NCBI GenBank assembly: GCA_012521185.1
Contig: JAAYMV010000074.1
Span: 24,919 to 88,918, forward strand
DNA: 64,000 nt
Direction of reading: 5' to 3'
Source: Bacillota bacterium
GTDB lineage: Bacteria > Bacillota > Limnochordia > Darwinibacteriales > DTU012
In this document: in pieces, positions 1 to 8,829 of the stretch
Layout: every line of letters starts with the position of its first letter
Position numbering within the stretch: the stretch's first letter is position 1
Made by a program: the position numbers and the translations under genes
The notes under the pieces: model-generated
What the model saw: only the letters and a program-made list of their open reading frames with translations
Databases searched by the model: none
What the model was told of the DNA's origin: nothing

Positions 1-1492
1 ACTAGGGCGTTGGATTCAGCAAACAATGGAGCAACCATTGCAAATTGATTATATTGTAATTGCTTCTCCTGAACAAGAGTTTCCAAGAACCCAACCAACA
101 TTTTTAGAAACCTTGCGACATGAGATTTTAGCATTTTTAGCATCTTTTACTTATGATTATAAACGGGTAGGAGATATGGGATCGGTTACTGCCGACAAGG
201 ACATTCTGAAAGTTTGGATTGGCTCAGGTCGTGATCAAGCGCAAGTGATCAAGCAAATGATTGAAGATGATTTTACGCCACAAACTGGTATTGCGGTAGA
301 CTTAGAGTTAATTGAAGGAATGGATAGTTTATTAATTCCATCAATCATTGCTGGTACAGCCCCTGATGTAGCCTTGGGCGCGGCTAATATGGATTTGGCT
401 TTTAGGGGTGCTTTAGTAGACCTGACACAGTTTGATGATTTTGAAGAAGTGGCAACTCGCTTTATGAAGAGTGCGTTTTTACCTTATAGATTTAGAGATA
501 AGGTTTATGCGTTGCCGGAAAGTCAAGGTTTTCCAATGTTATTTTATCGGAAAGATGTATTACAGGATCTAGGCCTAGAAGTACCTCAAACTTGGGATGA
601 GGTTTATGCTATTATTCCAGAATTACAAAAAGAAAATCTGGAATTTGGCTTACATCCGAATATGAATACTTATCAGATGATGTTATACCAAAAAGGCGTA
701 CCGTTGTTTAAAGAGGACGTTGTATCTACAAATCTGGATTCGGAAATTGCTATTCAGACCTTTAATGACTTGACCAATTTATATACTCTGTTTAACTTAT
801 TACAAGCTTTTGATGAGGCGAATCGTTTTAGAATGGGTGAAATGCCCTTATTGATCGCCAATTATGGTTTGTATAATACTTTATCTGTGTTTGCTCCCGA
901 GTTACGTGGAGAGTGGGGATTCACTATGGTACCTGGAATAAGGATGCCTGATGGAACCATTAACCGGGCTGTTTCAGTAGCTGGTACAGTTGCTGCTCCT
1001 GGTTCTGTGGCGGTCCCTTCTGGAACATCTGGTGCAATTATCTTAGAAGGCTCTAAGCAAAAAGATAAAGCATGGGAATTCCTGAAATGGTGGACTTCTA
1101 CTCCAACTCAGGTGCGATTTGGTCGTGAAATGGAGAGTTTAATGGGTGCTGCAGCTCGTTATGCTACGGCTAATGTTGAAGCAATGATGCAATTACCATG
1201 GAGAGCAGAAGAACGGGAAGTGCTTTTAGAACAGTGGAAATGGGTAGAAGGAGTTCCAGCCGTATTAGGTGCATATTATGTTCACCGTCAGTTTGACTGG
1301 CTGTTTCGAGCAGTAGTTATTGATAATGAGCCAGTGAGAGAATCAATCTTAGAATATGATCGGGCGATTAATGAAGAGATTACCCGTAAACGTGAGGAAT
1401 TCGGTTTAGAGACCAGTCGTGACCAGTTGAGTCAGGAATTAATCGATCTTTATTGGGAACATTATACTCATTTATATAGGTTAGATCATTGA
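1..1492 (+). CDS. ABC transporter extracellular solute-binding protein (LplA-like, large family-1 SBP); 5' end lies outside the window
   Basis: The ORF frame is open to the window edge (no stop from nt 2). It has an SBP-like composition (WIGSGRDQAQ, aromatic/Gly-rich) and sits upstream of two MalF/MalG-type permeases. The first listed Met at 26 has no signal peptide, so the true start is upstream. Confidence 0.7.
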   Translation, partial: LGRWIQQTMEQPLQIDYIVIASPEQEFPRTQPTFLETLRHEILAFLASFTYDYKRVGDMGSVTADKDILKVWIGSGRDQAQVIKQMIEDDFTPQTGIAVDLELIEGMDSLLIPSIIAGTAPDVALGAANMDLAFRGALVDLTQFDDFEEVATRFMKSAFLPYRFRDKVYALPESQGFPMLFYRKDVLQDLGLEVPQTWDEVYAIIPELQKENLEFGLHPNMNTYQMMLYQKGVPLFKEDVVSTNLDSEIAIQTFNDLTNLYTLFNLLQAFDEANRFRMGEMPLLIANYGLYNTLSVFAPELRGEWGFTMVPGIRMPDGTINRAVSVAGTVAAPGSVAVPSGTSGAIILEGSKQKDKAWEFLKWWTSTPTQVRFGREMESLMGAAARYATANVEAMMQLPWRAEEREVLLEQWKWVEGVPAVLGAYYVHRQFDWLFRAVVIDNEPVRESILEYDRAINEEITRKREEFGLETSRDQLSQELIDLYWEHYTHLYRLDH

Positions 1493-1499
1493 ACGTGCT

Positions 1500-1537
1500 C
1501 CACTGTAGATTAGTAATCGATCACTGATCTACAGTGG
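1500..1537 (+). promoter_or_regulatory. Intercistronic stem-loop: 11-bp perfect inverted repeat CCACTGTAGAT ... ATCTACAGTGG with a 16-nt loop
   Basis: Read directly from the sequence. It lies between the stop of the SBP gene (1492) and the permease start. Confidence 0.5.
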
Positions 1538-1575
1538 AATGTTCCAAAATCTTTCTGCGAATGGAGGGAGCTCAC

Positions 1576-2526
1576 GTGAGTTCTGAAGTAGCTCGACCTA
1601 CAGTAGGGTCAAAGATTAGTGTTAATGTGAAACCAGATAGCCTATTAACACGGATGAAAAAAAGTTGGGTCTCCTATTTGTTTATTGCACCATTCATGCT
1701 CTTATTTTCTGTCTTTACGATACTCCCTGTTTTGATTTCCATCGGTTTTAGTTTCACCTATTTCAATATGTTAGAGCCACCGACTTGGATCGGTTGGGGT
1801 AACTATCTTCGACTATTCTTAGCAGATGATGTATTTTTAATAGCTGTTAAAAATACCTTGTTCTTTGCTGCAATTACCGGACCCCTAAGTTACTTTATGT
1901 GTTTTATATTTGCCTGGTTTATTAATGAATTACAACCAAAGGTAAGAGCGTTTTTAACCCTATTATTTTACGCACCTTCAATATCTGGAAATGCTTTTAT
2001 TGTTTGGACATTAATCTTCCATCGCGATACCTATGGTTATCTTAATGCTCAATTATTGTATTTTGGGTTAATTGATCGGCCTATTCAGTGGCTTGTTGAT
2101 CCAGATTGGATGATGCCCATTTGTATTTTGGTAACATTGTGGATGAGCTTGGGAACATCATTCCTGGTATTTATTGCTGGTTTACAAGGAATTAGCCCTT
2201 CATTATATGAGGCAGGTGCTATTGATGGTATTAAAAACAGATGGCAGGAGTTATGGTATTTAACGCTTCCTGCGATGCGTGGCTATATGATGTTCGGTGC
2301 GATTATGTCTATTACTGGCTCATTCCAAGCTGCTTCGATTTTAACGCAGTTAACAGGTCCAACTCCTACAGATTATGCTACTTGGACCGTTATGCAGCAC
2401 TTGTTGGACTATGGTAATGTGCGATACGAAATGGGCTATGCTTCGGCCATAGCTGTGGTATTGTTTTTGACTATGGTAGGAACACAAAAGCTTGTCCAGC
2501 GTCTATTGAACAAGATCGGTACGTAG
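1576..2526 (+). CDS. Sugar ABC transporter permease (MalF/UgpA/LplB type)
   Basis: Six TM segments with the EAA-like permease architecture. The likely start is GTG 1576, preceded by GGAGGGAG; the ORF track starts at 1534. Confidence 0.8.
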   Translation: MSSEVARPTVGSKISVNVKPDSLLTRMKKSWVSYLFIAPFMLLFSVFTILPVLISIGFSFTYFNMLEPPTWIGWGNYLRLFLADDVFLIAVKNTLFFAAITGPLSYFMCFIFAWFINELQPKVRAFLTLLFYAPSISGNAFIVWTLIFHRDTYGYLNAQLLYFGLIDRPIQWLVDPDWMMPICILVTLWMSLGTSFLVFIAGLQGISPSLYEAGAIDGIKNRWQELWYLTLPAMRGYMMFGAIMSITGSFQAASILTQLTGPTPTDYATWTVMQHLLDYGNVRYEMGYASAIAVVLFLTMVGTQKLVQRLLNKIGT

Positions 2527-2537
2527 GAGGGAAGATA

Positions 2538-3404
2538 GTGATTAAGCGAATTCGAAAACCAAGACTATCTCGTTCATTAGGTGGAGACATTGGTATTTTT
2601 ATCTTTCTTGGTTTAGGGGCTGCCTTTATGTCAATGCCTTTAGTTTTTAGTATTAATAATGCCTTTAAGCCATTGAACGAATTATTTTTGTTTCCACCGC
2701 GGTTTTTTGTTAAAAATCCTACCATGGATAACTTTACTGATTTAATGGTACTAATGAGTAAATCATGGGTACCAATTACCCGTTATTTTTATAATTCTAT
2801 TAAGATTGTTGTACTCGGGATGCTAGGCAACGTGATTGCTGGTTCTCTAGCAGCATATGCTTTATCAAAGCATGATTTTCCTGGTCGGAAGTTAGTTAAT
2901 GAGGCAATCGTGCTTTCGTTAATGTTTGCCTCGGCGGTAACCAATATACCTAACTATTTAACGATTTCCTATTTAGGCTGGGTTAACACTCATTGGTCGA
3001 TTATTGTTCCCGCTTGGCAATGGACATTAGGGTTATATTTAATGAAGAACTTTATTGATGCTATGGTACCTAATACTTTGATTGAAGCAGCTCGAATTGA
3101 TGGTGCTAGCGAGTTTAGAGTTTATGCGCAAGTTGTAATGCCCATTGTTAAACCAGCTTGGTTAACATTAATTATTCTTGTTTTCCAGAATCTATGGTCT
3201 TTAACTGGCGGTCAGTTTCTATATGCTGAAGAGCTAAAAACATTGCCAACAGCACTTAACCAAATTTCAGCTGGCGGTATTGCTCGACAAGGCGTAGCTG
3301 CAGCCATTACTTTAATGATGATGTCTGTACCGATTATCGTCTTCATTATTAACCAAAGTAAGATTGTGGAAACCATGGGTACTTCTGGTATGGGTGGCGA
3401 GTAG
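2538..3404 (+). CDS. Sugar ABC transporter permease (MalG/UgpE/LplC type)
   Basis: TM-rich sequence with a conserved permease loop (IEAARIDGAS). GTG start after a GGAGGGAAG RBS. Confidence 0.8.
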   Translation: MIKRIRKPRLSRSLGGDIGIFIFLGLGAAFMSMPLVFSINNAFKPLNELFLFPPRFFVKNPTMDNFTDLMVLMSKSWVPITRYFYNSIKIVVLGMLGNVIAGSLAAYALSKHDFPGRKLVNEAIVLSLMFASAVTNIPNYLTISYLGWVNTHWSIIVPAWQWTLGLYLMKNFIDAMVPNTLIEAARIDGASEFRVYAQVVMPIVKPAWLTLIILVFQNLWSLTGGQFLYAEELKTLPTALNQISAGGIARQGVAAAITLMMMSVPIIVFIINQSKIVETMGTSGMGGE

Positions 3405-3407
3405 CCG

Positions 3408-4835
3408 ATGTCAAAAAAAGTTACTTTCATTGGGGCAGGCAGTATTGGTTTTACTCGGGGATTAGTCCGTGATTTACTGTCTGTCCCAGAGTTTAAAGAC
3501 TTTGCAATTGCTTTTACTGATATTAATGCAAAGAACTTAGCAATGGTAACACAACTAGTACAACGTGATATTGATTCGAATAACTTGTCAATCAAGATTC
3601 AGTCCACTACAGATCGCCGTCAAGCTTTAGAAGGCGCTGATTATGTATTCAATTTGGTACGTGTAGGTGGACTGGAAGCTTTCGAAATTGATATTAATTT
3701 ACCTTTAGAGTATGGAATCGATCAGTGTGTAGGCGATACTTTGTGTGCCGGTGGGATCATGTATGGTCAGCGTGGGATTCCAGTAGTGCTTGAGTTTTGC
3801 AAAGATATAAGGGAAGTTAGTTCTTCTGATTGTATTATGTTTAACTACGCTAATCCTAATTCCATGATTACCTGGGCTTGTAATAAGTATGGGCAAGTAC
3901 CTACTATTGGTTTATGTCATGGTGTTCAACATGGTCATCACCAAATTGCAGAGGTTTTTGGATTGGCTAAAAATGAAGTTGATATTATTTGTGCTGGAAT
4001 TAATCATCAAACTTGGTATATTCAGATTAAACATCAGGGCAAGGATTTAACACCGTATTTATTAGAGGCTTTCGAAAAACATCCAGTTTATAGTCAAACT
4101 GAAAAAGTTCGAATTGATATGCTTCGGCGTTTTGGTTACTATAGTACTGAATCAAACGGTCATTTAAGTGAATATTTAGCTTGGTATCGAAAACGGCCAG
4201 AAGAAATTAAAGATTGGATAGATTTAAGTTCTTGGATTCATGGTGAAACTGGCGGGTATTTACGAGTTTGTATTGAAGGTCGTAATTGGTTTGAAAATGA
4301 ATTTCCTAAATGGTTAAGTCAACCTGCTTTGGAGTATAAACCTGAGAAGCGCAGCGAAGAACATGGTTCCTGTATTATAGAAGCCTTGGAGACAGGGCGA
4401 GTTTATCGCGGACATTTTAATGTTGTTAATAATGGGGTAATTAGTAATTTGCCAGCAGATGCAATTGTGGAGGTTCCTGGATATGTGGATGCCAATGGAA
4501 TTAGTATACCGCAAATTGGCGATTTACCTTTAGGTTGTGCTGCAGTATGCAACCAAAGCATTACTGTGCAACGCTTAGCTGTTGAAGCCGCTGTGAAAGG
4601 CGACGATTTTCTATTACGACAGGCAATGTTACTCGATCCATTAGTGGGTGCAGTTTGTACGCCGCCAGAAGTCTGGCAATTAGTTGATGAGTTGTTAGTG
4701 GCTCAAGAACGTTGGTTACCTCAGTATTCTGCAGCCATTCATGCTGCTAAAGAGCGACTAGCATCTACTGAGTTGATTCCTACTAACAAGAATTATCCGG
4801 GAGCAGCCCGTTTACCGGTTAGGGAGAGTCAATAA
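3408..4835 (+). CDS. Glycoside hydrolase family 4 (NAD/Mn-dependent alpha-glycosidase; LplD/MelA/AglA-like)
   Basis: N-terminal Rossmann motif FIGAGSIGF, the GH4 signature GLCHGVQHG, and a length of 475 aa. It is linked to the LplABC-like transporter. Confidence 0.8.
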   Translation: MSKKVTFIGAGSIGFTRGLVRDLLSVPEFKDFAIAFTDINAKNLAMVTQLVQRDIDSNNLSIKIQSTTDRRQALEGADYVFNLVRVGGLEAFEIDINLPLEYGIDQCVGDTLCAGGIMYGQRGIPVVLEFCKDIREVSSSDCIMFNYANPNSMITWACNKYGQVPTIGLCHGVQHGHHQIAEVFGLAKNEVDIICAGINHQTWYIQIKHQGKDLTPYLLEAFEKHPVYSQTEKVRIDMLRRFGYYSTESNGHLSEYLAWYRKRPEEIKDWIDLSSWIHGETGGYLRVCIEGRNWFENEFPKWLSQPALEYKPEKRSEEHGSCIIEALETGRVYRGHFNVVNNGVISNLPADAIVEVPGYVDANGISIPQIGDLPLGCAAVCNQSITVQRLAVEAAVKGDDFLLRQAMLLDPLVGAVCTPPEVWQLVDELLVAQERWLPQYSAAIHAAKERLASTELIPTNKNYPGAARLPVRESQ

Positions 4836-4873
4836 TGATAAAGCTGCTTGTTACCACAAGCAGCTTCTTTAAA

Positions 4874-5581
4874 TTAATAGATAAAAAATCGATGTCCACC
4901 AATTTGCGTGGTTACTTTTTGGGAATGAACCCAAGCGTCTCGCGTTTTGGCTGGATTAAAAAAACCTGTTGCTCCATAAGTTGGATCATGTCCAGCTAAG
5001 GCTAAATAGGCGGCTTGGTAGTCTTCAAAACGGGGTTTTACATTGATTCGTCCGTCATAGACCGGTGAATATTGATAGCGACCATTAATGGTTTGGTAAA
5101 CGACTTCTTGAATGCTGTTAGGATATTTATTGCTTAATACGCGATTAAGAATGGTGGCAGCTACAGCTGTTTGTCCTAATTTGCTTTCACCTTCTGCTTC
5201 CGCTCGTGTAATTCGAGCTAGCAAATGTATTTCTTCTGTGCTAAATCTGGAATCTAAACTAAAGTCAATTCGGTTAGTTCCAGGTTCGATTAGCAGTGTG
5301 TTTTCATAGGGCCTGCGAAAAGGTCCTTCGATTTTGATAAGATATAAACCAGGTTTAAGATTATTGATTTCATAATAACCATCACTAAATGAGACTTGCT
5401 GTTGATCAAGGTAAATCGTACCATTGGTTAATGGTAGACCTGATTCACTAGCTAAGATATTTCCTTTTATTGATGTTTGTTGTTTTTTCAATTCTAGATG
5501 ATTATGACCAGACGCTATATTAAACAAGCATAATACAAGCAATATAGTTAGACCAATCAATCTAGCAAGTTTAGCTTTCAT
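4874..5581 (-). CDS. SleB/CwlJ-family cell-wall (spore cortex) hydrolase with an N-terminal carboxypeptidase-regulatory-like domain
   Basis: Hydrolase_2 motif ARITRAEAEGESKLGQTAVAATILNRVLS...EVVYQ. The N-terminal region is GNILASESGLPLTNGTIYLD...GYYEI...PGLYLIKIEG. ATG at 5581 is preceded by a GGAGGA RBS, followed by a signal/TM segment. Confidence 0.75.
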   Translation of the reverse strand: MKAKLARLIGLTILLVLCLFNIASGHNHLELKKQQTSIKGNILASESGLPLTNGTIYLDQQQVSFSDGYYEINNLKPGLYLIKIEGPFRRPYENTLLIEPGTNRIDFSLDSRFSTEEIHLLARITRAEAEGESKLGQTAVAATILNRVLSNKYPNSIQEVVYQTINGRYQYSPVYDGRINVKPRFEDYQAAYLALAGHDPTYGATGFFNPAKTRDAWVHSQKVTTQIGGHRFFIY

Positions 5582-5818
5582 TTGTATCCTCCAATCTTTA
5601 ACTGATACGTTTCCTAGGATAACATCTTCCAGGACGAAGGTCAACAGCACTAGGTCATTTACCAAATTTGGATAAATCCACCTTGCCAAAAAGAATAAAT
5701 TATGTTATTATTAGTGAACTATTATTATTTATTGGAGTGTATAATTTCAATGGAATGTGGCTCGTGGTGGTTGAAATTGCTTTGGTATTTACCACACTTA
5801 CCAAAAAAGAAAATCAAA

Positions 5819-5971
5819 ATGTTTGTCAAACTAGGTGATAATTATCGAAAAATAGGAAAGGAAGCTAAAGCAAGGTATTGCTACCAACAAGCCTTAACCC
5901 TTGCGGGCAGTCTTTCTGCGGTATATTATATAAAAAAGATTGAAGCTCGTTTTAAAAAGCAACCTGCTTGA
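5819..5971 (+). CDS. Small hypothetical protein (about 50 aa, basic, TPR-like helix pair)
   Basis: ORF with an in-frame ATG at 5819, followed directly by a strong hairpin plus T-run. There is no convincing RBS. Confidence 0.25.
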   Translation: MFVKLGDNYRKIGKEAKARYCYQQALTLAGSLSAVYYIKKIEARFKKQPA

Positions 5972-6010
5972 GCATAGAAGTCTGCTATTGCTTTAGCAGG
6001 TTTTATTTTG
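5961..6010 (+). terminator. Rho-independent terminator (long imperfect hairpin AACCTGCT...AGCAGGTT + TTTTATTTT)
   Basis: Read directly from the sequence. Confidence 0.6.
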
Positions 6011-6098
6011 TAAAATAAGTGTATAATTTCACAAACTTGCTTGATTCAGATGCTAAAAAGATATAAACTGTAGGGGAATATGAATACTTTCACAAGGG

Positions 6099-6398
6099 GT
6101 GACTGCCATGTCCAATCTAAAACAATTCGCTGGACGCTTTCAGATTTTATCAGATCCAATTCGCTTGCAAATTATTTTATTATTACAGAATAGTGAAAAA
6201 TGTGTTGGCGAACTATGTGAAATATTAAACTTAAGTCAACCGAAGGTTTCATATCACTTAAAACTCATGCTTGAAGCAGGACTAATAAAACAAAGATGTT
6301 CAGGAACATGGTGTTATTATAGTTTAACTACTGATATTAGAAATTGGATTATAACCGAATGTATTGGTTTTTTAGAGTGCGAGGCTCTTTCAAGTTAA
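6099..6398 (+). CDS. ArsR/SmtB-family metalloregulatory transcriptional repressor
   Basis: wHTH LSQPKVSYHLKLMLEAGLI and an alpha3 ELC-type Cys pair (KCVGELCEIL). The C-terminus has extra Cys pairs. Confidence 0.8.
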   Translation: MTAMSNLKQFAGRFQILSDPIRLQIILLLQNSEKCVGELCEILNLSQPKVSYHLKLMLEAGLIKQRCSGTWCYYSLTTDIRNWIITECIGFLECEALSS

Positions 6399-6399
6399 T

Positions 6400-6440
6400 A
6401 AAAAGCTCCCAGGACCCTTCCTTAGGAGCTTTGTTATTGT
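6400..6440. terminator. Bidirectional terminator between convergent arsR and nrdD (AAGCTCC...GGAGCTT flanked by A/T runs)
   Basis: Inverted repeat with T-runs on both strands. Confidence 0.6.
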
Positions 6441-6443
6441 TGA

Positions 6444-8576
6444 TTAATTTTTATTATGGTGAGTACGTTCTTCATACTCAGCTTTTTTACCAGAAGCAAA
6501 TCGATGCAAATAGGATAAATAGCCAGTAACCCTTCTAACTCTGTTAATCTCTGAGCTGCCGCAAACCGGACAAGTTTCACCAATGATTCCGTGGTGAGCA
6601 CAGTTTTCGCATTCATCGATTGGGAAGTTAACTCCTGCATAGCCCATGTCAGCTTCTGCCATCCAGCGATGCATTTGCTCTAATGCCTCTGTATTATCTT
6701 CAAGTGGTGCATCAACTTCAATATAAGAGATATGCCCAGCATCATGATATTTGTGGAATGGTCCTTCTAATTTGATTTTATTATAAATTGAAGTTTTGTA
6801 ATATACCGGAATATGATAAGAGTTTGTGTAAAAATCACGATCAGTAACGCCTTCAACAACACCAAATTTTTCCCGATCAATTCTGACAAAACGGCCGGAT
6901 AGTCCTTCTGCTGGAGTTGCATAACATGTAATATTCAAATCATGGCGTTCAGCCATTTCTTCACAATGCTTGCGAATATGCGCCACGATTTTAAGGCCTA
7001 AATCATATGCTCTTTCATCTTCACCATGATGTTTACCAATTAAAGCTTTTAGACACTCGGCCAATCCAATGTATCCAATACTAAGCGTTCCATGTTTAAT
7101 GGCTTCCGCAATGCTGTCTTCAGGACCTAAGTTTTCCGATCCCATATAAAGTTTTTGTCCCATAGTAAATGGTAAATCCTTAACTTTTAGCTTTTGTAAG
7201 ACACTAAAGCGATGAAGTAATTGTTCTTCAGCTAAATTTAAGAGATTGTCCAATTTTTCCCAGAAATCTACTATATTTTTATGATAATATTCACCTTCAG
7301 CTTCTAAAGCTAAACGCACTAAGTTAATACTAATAGGTGCAATATTTCCACGACCCTCAGGTACAGCCTCACCATGACGATTGGCAATGACTCGGGAACG
7401 ACAACCCATATAAGCAACTAAATCGCCATAAGGAGCATTCATTGAAGAATCCATAAAAGAGAAGGTTGGATTCATTCTACGGCAAGCAACCTTCAAGGCT
7501 AATTGATATAAATCATAATGTGGATCTTCTGGATTGAAGTTGACTCCTGCTTTTAAACGAAAAACTAGGTTAGGAAAGATAGGCGTTTCTCCTCTGCCTA
7601 AACCAGCATTAAATGCTTTTAAAAGCATTTTGTCTAACATTTTTTCTCTTTCATTTGTCGGACAACCGAGATTTATGCTTGAAAATGGTACTTGTGAACC
7701 TGCTCGGGAATGCATTGTATTTAAGTTATGTACTAATGCTTCGCAGGCTTGGAAAGTTTCCCGTTCAATCTCAGCTTTCAATTGGGCTTGTTCAGCTGTA
7801 AGTTTTGTTTCAGGAATGGCTGCTAATTCTTCATATTTTTCTGGGATAAAAACGGCTGCATCCTCAAATCGGGGATCTGATTGTCCACCAAACATATCAT
7901 TTTGATTAGATTGTAAAATAATTGCTTCTTGGGCTAAGGCGGAGCTAATTCGTTTTGGCCGACGTAACCACCCATAGCCAGTATTAAAACCTTCCCGTTG
8001 CCATAAGTCACGAAATGGAATTTGAAGACAATTAATGGTAGTTCCATAGCTGTCTAAATCATGAATATGAATTTCACCATTACGATGGGCATCAGCCAAA
8101 TGTTCTGGGATAACAGCATCTAAATAAAATTCTTTGAAAGCTTCACTTGCTCCTAGCAGTAATTTGGCGGAAAAGTTTGTACCTACGTTAGCGTTTGCTT
8201 CCACTCCACGATTTAGGTTCCAAACGATTTCTTCTAATTTTTTATGAAGTCCGGAGGTTGATCGGCGAACTCTATTTCGTTGATGACGGTATTTTACATA
8301 GGCTTCTTTTAGTTCTACATAACCAAGCTCGTCCATTGCTAGAACAACTAGATCTTGGATATTTTCTACATGCGGCTTCATGTCCTTAAATTTCTGATCT
8401 AAATATTTTTCTACTAAATTGGTAACTTCTGCAGCGGCTTGAGGATTTTCACCTATATGCTGTGCGGCTTTCATTACAGCAGTATAAATTTTCTCAGAAC
8501 TGTATGGAACAGTACGACCATCCCGCTTAATGATTTCTTTAATTTTGGACTCTAATACTGCCGCTCTTAATTCCAT
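6444..8576 (-). CDS. nrdD: Anaerobic ribonucleoside-triphosphate reductase (class III RNR large subunit)
   Basis: N-terminal ATP-cone, C-terminal CxxC...CxxC zinc ribbon and the glycyl-radical motif RVTGY. The start at 8576 has a GGAGG RBS; the ORF-track start at 8642 is an upstream extension. Confidence 0.9.
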   Translation of the reverse strand: MELRAAVLESKIKEIIKRDGRTVPYSSEKIYTAVMKAAQHIGENPQAAAEVTNLVEKYLDQKFKDMKPHVENIQDLVVLAMDELGYVELKEAYVKYRHQRNRVRRSTSGLHKKLEEIVWNLNRGVEANANVGTNFSAKLLLGASEAFKEFYLDAVIPEHLADAHRNGEIHIHDLDSYGTTINCLQIPFRDLWQREGFNTGYGWLRRPKRISSALAQEAIILQSNQNDMFGGQSDPRFEDAAVFIPEKYEELAAIPETKLTAEQAQLKAEIERETFQACEALVHNLNTMHSRAGSQVPFSSINLGCPTNEREKMLDKMLLKAFNAGLGRGETPIFPNLVFRLKAGVNFNPEDPHYDLYQLALKVACRRMNPTFSFMDSSMNAPYGDLVAYMGCRSRVIANRHGEAVPEGRGNIAPISINLVRLALEAEGEYYHKNIVDFWEKLDNLLNLAEEQLLHRFSVLQKLKVKDLPFTMGQKLYMGSENLGPEDSIAEAIKHGTLSIGYIGLAECLKALIGKHHGEDERAYDLGLKIVAHIRKHCEEMAERHDLNITCYATPAEGLSGRFVRIDREKFGVVEGVTDRDFYTNSYHIPVYYKTSIYNKIKLEGPFHKYHDAGHISYIEVDAPLEDNTEALEQMHRWMAEADMGYAGVNFPIDECENCAHHGIIGETCPVCGSSEINRVRRVTGYLSYLHRFASGKKAEYEERTHHNKN

Positions 8577-8682
8577 CCTCGAATTCCTCCCCCATATTGT
8601 TTTTCCATTATCTACTATACGAGAAATCACAAAAACTGTCAAACATTAAATATCAGTATCTTGGGGTTTTAGAGAAGTTGAA

Positions 8683-8698
8683 GCACAATATTTAGTGT
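8683..8698 (-). promoter_or_regulatory. Candidate NrdR box (GCACAATATTTAGTGT) upstream of nrdD
   Basis: Matches 15 of 16 positions of the NrdR-box consensus acaCwAtATaTwGtgt as I recall it. It lies about 110 nt upstream of the nrdD start. Confidence 0.45.
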
Positions 8699-8759
8699 TT
8701 TCGTCCTTATTTCATGCTTTTAATACATCAATTAATTTCCATATACTTAAAAGACAGAC

Positions 8760-8787
8760 ACATTTTCAATCGTTACTTCATAAGATG
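8760..8787 (+). promoter_or_regulatory. Candidate mother-cell sigma (sigma-K/sigma-E type) promoter upstream of sigK: AC-17-CATAAGATG
   Basis: The sigma-K consensus is AC-16/17-CATAnnnTA. Here AC-17-CATAAGATg, with one mismatch at the last position. Confidence 0.3.
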
Positions 8788-8829
8788 AAGAGTAATCAAT
8801 TCTCTAAACTCTGATGGGGAGGTGAAGCG

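Noticed and set aside
2471-4514. Minus-strand ORFs 2471..2725, 3212..3595, 3705..3896, 4314..4514 and similar antisense ORFs elsewhere (e.g. 7534..7905, 9633..9950, 13316..13624, 17558..17881)
   Set aside because: They are fully embedded antisense to well-supported genes, lack an RBS, and have low-complexity translations.
8577-8829. Possible riboswitch (for example B12) in the 250-nt nrdD/sigK intergenic region
   Set aside because: No B12-box or other riboswitch core was recognised. Class III RNR is not cobalamin dependent. The region is better explained by divergent promoters and an NrdR operator.
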